A stretch of DNA of 34,225 bases from Octopus bimaculoides (lineage: Eukaryota): positions 26,392,647-26,426,871 of the forward strand of contig NC_068991.1 of assembly GCF_001194135.2 (NCBI RefSeq), in the 5' to 3' direction. The translations under genes and the position numbers were made by a program. The stretch's first letter is position 1. The number at the start of each line of letters is the position of its first letter. Shown piece by piece: positions 1 to 9,600 of this stretch. Below the pieces are notes generated by a model that was not told the origin of the DNA, did no database searches, and was given only the letters and a program-made list of their open reading frames with translations.

Positions 1-105
1 TCATCAGCCTGAAGTAGCCCGACTAGCTGGTTGAAAAATAGTGTATGTTTGCGAAGGGTTCACAGAATTTTTCAACCAGATAGTCGTGCTACTTCAGGCT
101 GATGA
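1..105. repeat. 39-bp inverted repeat (arms 1-39 and 67-105, 37/39 complementary, 27-nt spacer)
   Basis: TCATCAGCCTGAAGTAGCCCGACTAGCTGGTTGAAAAAT (1-39) is the reverse complement of ATTTTTCAACCAGATAGTCGTGCTACTTCAGGCTGATGA (67-105) except at positions 80 and 87. The left arm may continue beyond the window start. Confidence 0.95.
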
Positions 106-135
106 TGCGCAAAGACTCAGAAACATGTCCCTGAA
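93..135 (+). ncRNA. Minimal type I hammerhead ribozyme motif (PLE type)
   Basis: Stem I TTCAGG (93-98) pairs with CCTGAA (130-135); core CTGATGA (99-105); imperfect stem II (106-119); GAAAC (120-124); palindromic stem III ACATGT; GTC cleavage triplet (127-129). This is the architecture of minimal type I hammerheads described in Penelope-like elements. Confidence 0.72.
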
Positions 136-349
136 TTGAGGCTAGGCTGGGTGGAGGAGTTTGTCTCCCCCTCGCAAACATAAGGACACAGGAAATGTGT
201 TAAGGCCGACAGGAAGCGGTCCAGCTTCCTAGGGCTAAACAGCAGTTGTATATTCCCTTATTGGGACTGTCACGTTAAGTTGGCAATATACAACTACTTT
301 ATCGCATCACTACTGCTTAAGTCTCTCTGAGAGATTTAAAAATATATTA

Positions 350-354
<5 letters not shown>

Positions 355-387
<33 letters not shown>

Positions 388-590
388 GCACTTTCATACA
401 TACATAGATACATGCGCATACATACATATATAAATACACGTATATACATATAGTTATGTATGTACATATAATTATATATCTATACATATACATATATATG
501 TGTGGGTGAGTATGTACGTGTGTGTCTGTGGTTGTGTATGTGTGTATGAGTGTTTGTGCTTGTGGGTGTATTGTGATCGATTCATTCACA
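355..590. repeat. Compound microsatellite (TA)n / (CATA)n / (TG)n
   Basis: Direct inspection; source of the spurious YIYIY ORF. Confidence 0.95.
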
Positions 591-848
591 GTTTGAACAT
601 TAGATGGGAATGTACATGGGCGATGTTATGTAAGCTGTGATATATTTGCGTTTGTCATATTTTTAAATATGCTGATTCGGCAGAATAAACAAGTGTTGAA
701 ATGTTTCTATTTCCCAGCTGGGTACCAACAAAATGATAATTATGCGAAACAGCAAAAGAATAGCAACCATTTGTGTGCAACAAAGTTGCACACCTTATTC
801 CGTAACATGGATAAACGCAGAATGAACAAAAGTAATATGCGAACAAAG

Positions 849-890
<42 letters not shown>

Positions 891-925
891 CATATACATA
901 TACATATATATATATATAAACATAC
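849..925. repeat. (TA)n / (CATATA)n microsatellite
   Basis: Direct inspection. Confidence 0.95.
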
Positions 926-1210
926 ATGTATATTGCATCATTCATACAATGAAAAAACTGTTGAAAGCTGCTGCAGCTGCGTCTGAATAAACTTAACCGT
1001 CTTCGGTTGACTGCATCTGCATTTAACTTGATATATTCTTATTTGTCTCTCAGATACATTCTATTCTAATATCATGCAAACTTATATGAAAGGAATTATC
1101 ATATGGCTATTAATAAAATATCAGTGACACTTAAATCACCCCAAGATACGCGCCATAACGGCTTTCTGTATGAGAACGAATAAAAATGCTTTCAAAATTC
1201 ATGGAGACTA

Positions 1211-1390
1211 AGGCATCTAACTTGTAGAATCGTTGGCACGCCTGGCAAAGAGCTTTGAGGCACTTCTCTCGTCATTACAATGTGAGTTCAAATTCTGCTG
1301 AGATGGACATTACCTTTCATTTCGGCGTTGTTAAAATGAATGATCACTAGGGTCGATGTAATCAACTATCCCCACCCCTAAAATTACAGT
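1211..1390 (+). mobile_element. tRNA-derived SINE, family A (degenerate)
   Basis: AGAATCGTTGGCACGCC head, GAGTTCAAATTC B-box, ACCTTTCAT and GGGTCGATGTAATC body; homologous to the better preserved copies at 28783-29110. Confidence 0.75.
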
Positions 1391-1421
1391 TGTTGTTGTA
1401 TTTCGGAAACAATATCAATAG

Positions 1422-1481
1422 TGTTTGATGTCGGCATGTTTGATGTCGGCATGTTTGATGTCGGCATGTTTGATGTCGGCA
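1422..1481. repeat. Perfect tandem repeat, 4 x TGTTTGATGTCGGCA (15 bp)
   Basis: Four identical units with no spacers. Confidence 0.97.
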
Positions 1482-2094
1482 CTCGATGAAGCAACAGAAG
1501 GAAGTTGTCTGCAGTGTTTAGTAACGTACCTTTAATTCTTGATAGAACGTTACACTCGTGCCGATTTTAAGTTAATAATTCTGCTTCGGTGAAATATATA
1601 TCAGTCAAATTAGGTGGGCTATTTAATGGTTATCAACCCCCTGCGAAAAATGAAGATCTTGTGCTTATGTAAGAAATTAATAATTATTTAAATTCAAATT
1701 AAGATAAACGTAAACAAACAAATGTAGTTTGCTTTTAGAAACGTTGAGATGTCTTAGAAAGTAAAAGAAGTGATTTTAAATTCTCAAACGCAGAATAATA
1801 TAGCCTGAACAGGATAAACTACCCCTATTTTGCAGGAAAAAGTGTGGGCGGCCAGCCAATTTTTAATATCAAGGCCTGTCGGAATTGTTCAATCGCTAGT
1901 GAAGATGTTTGAGAGCAATGAGTTGCGTCTATTTGGGCAAAGAATTTTAATTATTGGCTCATGGTACAAATGATTTACATGTGTCAGAGTATATATAGAC
2001 ATTGAGGCCTGCTAAAGTGGCATTCCCAAATCTATGATCCTATGTATATGATGAATGTCAACATGCACGACAATGAGATTTCTTTTTAATGAGT

Positions 2095-2560
2095 TAAATA
2101 ACACACACACAATAACACAAACCACCCTGACAAATAGAATGCACATAGACACACTCACACAAACACACCCACATGTATAGACACACACACACTGTGCAAG
2201 CAGTACAAACAAAGCAACACACAGAATAATAATATACACTGGCATTCACACGTGCAAACACACACTTCGCCACAAAAAATATAGCACACACACATGTGCA
2301 CATGCACCCGAAAATTACATAAACCACTCAACCCCACATATACACACACACACATTCACACACACACGAACAAATACATACTCTCAAACACATGCACACC
2401 CTTACACGCACCATTCTGCTAGATATAAAAGAAGCACATACACAGAACCATACACACGCCACACTAAACTCTAAGACAAATAAAAGAAAACTCACACACA
2501 AACACAAGCATATATATATATATATATACGTAGAAACGTGCACAGAGTCTCTCGCACACA
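2095..2560. repeat. CA-rich degenerate microsatellite / low-complexity block
   Basis: (CA)n and (TA)n runs; source of several VCVC ORFs. Confidence 0.85.
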
Positions 2561-2769
2561 CGATTTCAAACTCTAAGACCAGACCCCAAACCCACTGGAC
2601 CATGACAGACTATCCCAGAACCACAAAACATCCTTTTGATTCCACAATGCCCTCACCCACCAACCAACCTTCCAGACTATTTATAATAATAGCAAACATT
2701 TCTCATACACGCACTACAATACAGAGATGATGGATGGAAAGGTTGGTCATTCCCCTAAAACTCTGTATA

Positions 2770-3244
2770 AATACTTCAATATGATTCCTTCTGTATATAT
2801 GCTTCTATACAATCATGATTCTTAAACTAATAATAAATTTACTTTTCGACCTATTTTGAACTCTTTCATGAAAACTGTTTAACAAAAAGCCCCTCTTAAT
2901 ATTTTTTTATCAATGTCAAACATTCTATTTTTTTACATTTTCTTATCATTATCAAAGACTGTATAACTGTATTTTAATACAATTATGATAACCATTTTCT
3001 AACACAACGAATCATACAAAGCTTTACATTTTACATTCGATAAAATGTGAAACCGGTCAAGTCAATAACCATCTTTAAAAAGACCTCTGCATTTTCAAAC
3101 CCCCTTTCCTATATTTTATAATATTTTATAATATGCATGAATTGTTCTGGATATTGCATCGAAACGTTCATAGGTCATTTTCATTATTATTATTATAATA
3201 AAGTATTTTCAATGGGTCAGTTTTGAGCTCTCTTTAAAGTCGAT
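2770..3244 (-). pseudogene. Possible decayed PLE reverse transcriptase fragment
   Basis: Minus strand reads FDAISRT...FLKMVIDLTGFTF then, after a frameshift, NV-KALYDSL, which resembles the RT motif A context FDVxxLYxS; later YIQK. Many stops. Confidence 0.33.
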
Positions 3245-3607
3245 NNNNNNNNNNNNNNNNNNNNNNNNNNNNNNNNNNNNNNNNNNNNNNNNNNNNNNNN
3301 NNNNNNNNNNNNNNNNNNNNNNNNNNNNNNNNNNNNNNNNNNNNNNNNNNNNNNNNNNNNNNNNNNNNNNNNNNNNNNNNNNNNNNNNNNNNNNNNNNNN
3401 NNNNNNNNNNNNNNNNNNNNNNNNNNNNNNNNNNNNNNNNNNNNNNNNNNNNNNNNNNNNNNNNNNNNNNNNNNNNNNNNNNNNNNNNNNNNNNNNNNNN
3501 NNNNNNNNNNNNNNNNNNNNNNNNNNNNNNNNNNNNNNNNNNNNNNNNNNNNNNNNNNNNNNNNNNNNNNNNNNNNNNNNNNNNNNNNNNNNNNNNNNNN
3601 NNNNNNN
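3245..3607. other. Assembly gap (N run)
   Basis: 363 N. Confidence 1.
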
Positions 3608-3629
3608 ATATATATATATATACTAAGTA

Positions 3630-4040
3630 CGGTGGCTTAGTTCACAGGTAATCTAAACGATTAGGTACGCTAGGTAAGTGCTGTAACGGATTCTGTTATT
3701 GAACGGTGATACGTTCACGTCTTTCTTCTCTGGATGTCTACTATATCAGGATTTTAACCCACATGGATCTACGCAGGATTGCAGCTATAACGTATGCTCT
3801 TGTTTTTCTAACTGCGGAAAGTTGAACTATGGACTTTTATGCTTCCTTTTCCTTCTTTCTTTCTATTTCCTTATTCTCTTAATCCCTTCCTTTTTGTCGT
3901 CACCTTCTTAATGATTTTCCCTATTTGTCTCTGATAACAAAATATCCCATACTCGGGGGTATCCCAGAAACAGCCGTAACATTTTGAATTTTTTCCAATG
4001 ATAATATCATATACAACTTCCGGTGGTTGCCATGACTTAA
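3630..4040 (+). mobile_element. Probable PLE 3' end (end of GIY-YIG endonuclease plus pyrimidine-rich 3' region with a hammerhead-like motif)
   Basis: RLSSLDVYYIRI(fs)NPHG resembles the PLE endonuclease terminus RxxxExxxIxxxxPxxN; followed by a TC-rich tract and CTGATAA...GAAACAGCCGTA. Confidence 0.42.
3924..3985 (+). ncRNA. Degenerate hammerhead-like motif
   Basis: CTGATAA (3931-3937, one change from CTGATGA), internal hairpin, GAAAC (3967-3971), AGCC, GTA triplet (3976-3978). Stem I is poorly paired. Confidence 0.33.
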
Positions 4041-4068
4041 TGCTTGTTGTCCTCTTTAACTATTATGC

Positions 4069-4069
<1 letters not shown>

Positions 4070-4152
<83 letters not shown>

Positions 4153-4225
4153 GTGTGTCTGTGTGTCTCTGTGTGTATATATGTGTGTATACGGTTGCAC
4201 ACACTCACACACACACACCACCCGG
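4070..4225. repeat. Compound microsatellite (TA)n-(TG)n-(CA)n
   Basis: Direct inspection. Confidence 0.95.
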
Positions 4226-5149
4226 ACAATTATAAAAACACAAACATACTCAGAGACATACACATACGTACACGCACATAACATGCTCACCAATACAACC
4301 AAACAAACATAACACACACGCACATAACATACCCACCAATACACGAGCAGAAACACAGACGCACATATACATACATGTATATGCCTTTATGAATGGATAT
4401 GAATGTTTGGTAGGTGAAAGATCGGTGATAGAAAATATATTTCTATAGATATAGCGCAAACCTTATGTATATCAACAACAACATTAAAATTACTTGGATA
4501 GACTGATCATCACTGTTGTAGTCAAGAACAAAAACAGCCACAGCTCAAGGTATTAACTAACTACGTATCAAGAGAGAAGAGGCTTTAGTTAGTTTAACTG
4601 AATTCACTTAGTTACATAATTCTTTCTACCTTTATAGATTTCATAATTTCAGATACCCACAACAAGATATAAAACCATGCATATTGAAGTTATGTTATCC
4701 ACTCAAGTGAAAGACTACGCACAACAGACTTGCAATGATATGGAACAAAGTAGATTTGCCAGTGGCAAGATTTTAAGAGAAAAATCATTTTTCTCATTAT
4801 GGTTTTAGTTTATGGATGTAAAATAAACATTTCATACGATGAATCGTTAATATTAAAGCCAGCGGACATCCTTTTGTATTCGTATCCACGGTAATAGATG
4901 GAATTTTGCAGAATACTTGTAACCAAGCGAATACTTGTTTAATTCTACAATTCTGGCATATTTGCATCTGTCTGTGTCTCTGTGTCTCCCGGTCTGTCTA
5001 TTCCACTGTATATGTGAGTATATATATATAAGTAATATATCTAATAAATTGCACACACACATTAGTGCGTTTGACTTTTTACCCAACATATATTATTACC
5101 TATGCAAACAGTAAATACAGTAGTAATATATGTAGGTATGTAGAAATGG

Positions 5150-5171
5150 ATATATATATATATATATGCGC

Positions 5172-5222
<51 letters not shown>

Positions 5223-5225
5223 TAC
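5150..5225. repeat. (TA)n microsatellite
   Basis: Direct inspection. Confidence 0.95.
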
Positions 5226-6096
5226 TACCTTCTATCTGGGTATATGGAAAGGTATGTATATGCAGTGGGGTGAGGTTTAATATACCTTCTAATTTTTTTT
5301 AAGCGTTCTAAAAAAAAGGATATCAAAACTAGTCGGTAATACATTTGTTTTATATAAAGGTCGATTCGAGTATAGAATGGAGACAATTGCTTCATCACGA
5401 AGGATAGGGGGATATATAGATCTCTCACAGAATCAAATCAAATGGTGGTAAATACCGAAATGGTCAGTCTTCATCAATTTATTATCGCTGAATTCTTAAT
5501 TTAACACGTCAATCTTCTTTGCCCTTCATTCCCTATAATGTGACCATGAGGATAGAAATGTAATTTATAATCAACCCACTCCTTTCTTTTTAGTCTATTT
5601 CTTTATTTTTTGAATGTTTAAATTTTGATTGTAATTGTATTTTGTCTGTTACTATATCTATGGCCTTAGTTTTGCACGTAAAGTACTGAAAAAGGGATAT
5701 TGCTTTGTGCTGACATTCTCACGCTTAGTGAAATGATGGTAGTCTATAACACTGATCTGCATTTGGGAACTTTTTTTTAATTTTTATTGATGGATGTGAT
5801 GTTACATATTCTTGGGTTGCTGACTTAAATATCTAAACCATTTTGCTCTGCAACATGAGGATGTTGAATAACATACAAATTAATAATAATAAAACAATGT
5901 GAATTTTTAATAAATTAATACTTTACTAAAATAAAGTAAGTAATCAAGGAAAAGTACATTTTGTTAGTTTTAAGAACATATGTTTTCCAAATCAACATCA
6001 AATGAACCACTTTCATCATGAAATGAATCAGAATTACCAACATCAAGCCAAATGAAGGTAAAAATTTATGTTCCTAATGGTTAAAGGGTTAAAGGG

Positions 6097-7196
6097 TTAG
6101 GACCGCTTTGATTTCCGCTTGTGCTGTGCATCGAGAACATCACGTTTCAATGACCAGCAGTAATCCTCCATCATGCTGACATCCCATTTGCCCTGGTATT
6201 GAGTTTCCATGGTGTAAATGTCTTGATGGAACGGCTCTCCTTTTTCCTCACTGTAGTCCCCACAATTCTTGGAAAAATAGTCAAGATGCGAGTGCAAAAC
6301 ATGCAATACCACACTCATTCTAGTCCCAAGTTGTTGGGAACTTGATATCAAGTCTTGGACTATTTTTTTCATATTCTGGGGAGAGGCTGCTACCCAAGAC
6401 GTTTCGGACCATATTGAAGGAAAATCAGGCATTCACTTCGACACCTACTAATGCACCCTCTAAATTCTTGTCCCTCATCAATTCCCGAATCTGAGGGCCA
6501 ACTAAGATTCCTGCATCTAGCTTACCTTCTCTTTGACTCCAGGTACTTGAAAGCATCTCCATTCTATTCAGGGCTTTCGAAAAATTCTTTATAAGCCCTA
6601 ATTTGATGTGGAGTGGTGGCAGTAGAAATTTTTTTGCTGGGGGTCAACTAATGGCACAGCTTTCATATTGTGATTTCCGGAAAAGGAGCTAGTTTGTGGT
6701 GGCTAGTCTTTTTGTTCATCATACTGGCTGTCTGTACTACTATCCCATTAGTATCCCTAGTTTCAGACTCTGATGAAATTTCCCGTGTCTCAGGTGGCAC
6801 AAGTACTGGTATATAAGCTGAGTGTGGAACAGGCCTTATTGCTGAAGGAATATTTGGGTATATTATACGATCTTTAGTCTTCTTATTGAATCCAGCTACT
6901 TTAGTCATAGAAAAGTAGCAGTCATCATAGTGGTTCATTTACCCCCGCCATACCACTGGTACTCCAAAGAGCATGCATTTAAATTTCCCAACTGATCACT
7001 TTTGAAGATTACCGATGCAACTCTTGCAAGCTTTGTGAGGTGCAAATGGCTTGTCCTGGTCTCCAAGTTTGCAGCCAAAATAAGTTAAACAACAGCGCTT
7101 CAACAAAAGAGTAATATTGCCCCTGGAATCTGAAGGGGTGAATTGCTCGAAGACATAACAGAATATATCTGGTGAACTGATGCAGCCTCTAGACAT
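6097..7196 (-). pseudogene. Chapaev3-type (CMC superfamily) DNA transposase pseudogene, internally deleted
   Basis: MSRGCISSPDIFCY...YFGCKLGDQDKPFAPHKACKSC; NHYDDCYF...YPNIPSAIRPVPHS; LPPLHIKLGL; GILVGPQIRELM; HVLHSHLDYF...EEKGEPFHQDI...YQGKW...DYCWSLKRD. The family is recognisable from these motifs; the name Chapaev3 is from memory. Several frameshifts and stops. Confidence 0.82.
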
Positions 7197-7499
7197 ATTC
7201 ACAGACTGAAAATAAAGAAAAATATATTAGATTTAACATTTCAGTCAATATAAGGTAAGCCTTTTTATTTACCATTTACTTACACAAAAATAGAAAAGAA
7301 ACGTCTCGTATAACTTCACCACCTGATGTAATAGAGGTAACTCGAATAAAAAACACAATTACTCATTATTTTTCATATTTATTCAGAAAAATAAATACAA
7401 CCAATAACAAAATCATGCAGACAAGTGTAACGAAGGACATTTTTGAGCAATCACCTGATTGATTATATATCACACCAACGTTCCTATTCATGATATGTT

Positions 7500-8830
7500 C
7501 CGTGAAGAAACGTATTAAGAGAACTATATCCATAGGAATAAGTCCTGGAACATATTAGTTACAGATATCAGTCGATAAGTGGAAATCTGAAAGTGGAAAG
7601 GTGAAATCTGCCTGAAACGCCCAGAATAGCTTGAATGAAAATAATTACATATTGGATCGAGATAATAACATAGTCAATACTAATATAGAAAAGTTCAATA
7701 AAGACAGTGAAGCTAACACTCCCTAGTAAAATCAGTAACGTAAGCAATAAAAAGACAGGCACCTAAAATTTAAGTATCCTCCTTAAGAAAAAGAATATAG
7801 TGAGTGCTACTAATATAAACAAGTATTATAGTAACTTCGAAGACTAACTTCTTAAGAAAACTTTTTTTTCTTCATAAAAATAGACCAACTTGCAATTATA
7901 CTAACTAGGCTCACAAAAGAATGAATAAATCGAGAATTATACTGTGGTATAATGCAGTATCCTCTAAGCAAATAGATACTAACATTTCCCCCAAACTATT
8001 CGCAGCTCTGGTTAGTAATTTCCCAAAAGAATAAATACAGTTGGATCTTCAACCGGCACGCGATTACCTTCCCATTTTTCACTAGCAAAAACTGAACCGA
8101 AATTATCGCGGCGAATAATATTAGGAGAATATGTGAATTCCATAACGATAAAAACCATAATAGAATAGATGATAAAAATAATAAACATAATAATAATAAC
8201 CATGAACAAAGAGCTGAACTGATAAATAGTCAATCAGGGGTGCATTGAACACGGCTCTTATTGACAATACGAGGGAAACATATAAGATGCAGGAGATGAG
8301 CAGTGGTAGGAGGCAACTGATGCGGTTCTTAACTGAGGTGTACCAAATGTAATAAACTTTGGACAGAATAACATGCAAACTCTCAAGGGTTGGCTACATT
8401 TAAACACTAGTAGAAATTTAGGTAAATATATGGAGAAGATAATTGATTCCGATTCTAAGTAAAGTTAGCAGCGATGAAACTTTTGGTGGCTGAGCTAAGA
8501 AAATCTGCCTTTTTAACGCACAACGGTTGATGAAAAATATAGTGTACATGTGTAGGGTTACCCTAGGTGGCATCTCACATTTTTTCTATCGAAATGCGCT
8601 CGACTACATTCAAGAAATAATTAACTGTCTTTGAAGTTTCTTCAAATGCAGAAAAAAATGCATAGCAGGAGCTTAAGTGGATTTATTTGATCCTTAAGGG
8701 ATGCAAATACTAACTTTGAGATAGAATAGAAAATTAAAGGTAGGAGAGAGCCTTACGTAATTGGAAATAAGAAATGCAATTTATGCCTGAGCAAAAAATA
8801 TGCTATAATATATTAACTAGATCCCGTTAG
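7500..8830 (+). mobile_element. Decayed Penelope-like element: RT thumb, linker, Zn motif and GIY-YIG endonuclease (Naiad-like)
   Basis: RIILWYN...NFPKE(fs)NKYSWIFNRH (about 7935-8070); decayed CxCx5CPxxGxC followed by LMKNIVYMCRV (8482-8560); LSGFI*SLRDANTNFEIE*KI...PYVIGNKKCNLCLSKK (8675-8805). The 5' boundary is uncertain. Confidence 0.68.
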
Positions 8831-9600
8831 CCGTTCAGTACTTTTCATTTGTTCAGTTCATTACATTTTTCATCGCCTAGTCGAAAATCTTAATTCTGAA
8901 ATGTTTATCGTCACTTTTCGGAATATATATGCCTTTTCTTTGAGAATAATGTTGCATTTATGACTGACTACCAATTTTTTTAGTGTAAAGCCAAATTGAA
9001 CTCTATGTTCCCATTCAATTTCTCCATTAATAGACTTATTCATAAACCAGTTGATCATTCTAGACATCGTGAATTGTCCTGTGGAGGTAAAATGTTTTTG
9101 AGAATGTCATTGAATTGCTGACAGCTTCTTATTTTTCGCTCTGAGCAGTTTAAGAGACGTTTCACATTTGAGAATGTATTGGTGTATTGTTTTATTGCAT
9201 TTTATTGATAATATTCTAGGATGTGAACGATTATATTGCATCTCATGTTTTATATCCATGCTTTCGTCTATCGCATTGCAATACAAACCCATGTCTGCAA
9301 TGAGAGCTCGTGCATATATAGTTTCCGCTCTATCGCCGGTCATTGTTGCCATGATTATTGCTCTTACTTTTGACATCACTAACACAGACGTAATTTCTGC
9401 AGTTATTTCTTGTCTAATATATAATGAACGTTTAGAGTTTAGCGTTTGTATTGTTGGAGGTATTTATCCAAGGCAGCAGATTGCAGCAGTTATTATTGAA
9501 AACCCCTCTTCCAGCTGCTGTCACCATCCCAGTGGAAAGAGAAATTATCGGCGTGAAGATAGAAAGAAATAACAAATAATAGATTACTTTCGCCAAATAT
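8830..9600 (-). mobile_element. Second decayed PLE GIY-YIG endonuclease region, convergent with the previous copy
   Basis: Minus strand reads QYILKCETSLKL (cf. YIGxxETxFKxR), SRMINWFMNKSINGEIEW and KCNIILKEKAYIF (cf. KCNLCLxEK). Confidence 0.55.

Larger units (their letters stand above)
1..240. mobile_element. Probable Penelope-like element pseudo-LTR (or retrozyme-like unit), partly in inverted duplication
   Basis: Hammerhead motif, inverted partial duplication and further hairpins (186-200, 211-230). No coding sequence is attached within the window. Confidence 0.5.

Noticed and set aside
1422-1481. CRISPR-like array
   Set aside because: 15-bp units with no spacers, eukaryotic context, no cas genes.
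353-4356. Many ORFs of YIYI / VCVC / HTHT type (also at 18099-18434, 19974-20213, 22135-22338, 25412-25612, 29202-29985)
   Set aside because: Translations of di- and tetranucleotide microsatellites, which lack stop codons in some frames; no coding signal.
6079-6101. Interstitial telomeric repeat
   Set aside because: Units are TTAAAGGG, not TTAGGG, and there are only two to three of them.
8482-8525. Selenocysteine TGA in the Naiad-like Zn motif
   Set aside because: The TGA at 8491 aligns with the Arg after CxC (likely CGA to TGA decay), neighbouring Cys codons are also mutated, and I saw no SECIS.
9168-9572. 134-aa hydrophobic plus-strand ORF
   Set aside because: Antisense to the decayed PLE region; hydrophobicity is expected from the reverse complement of A-rich coding sequence.
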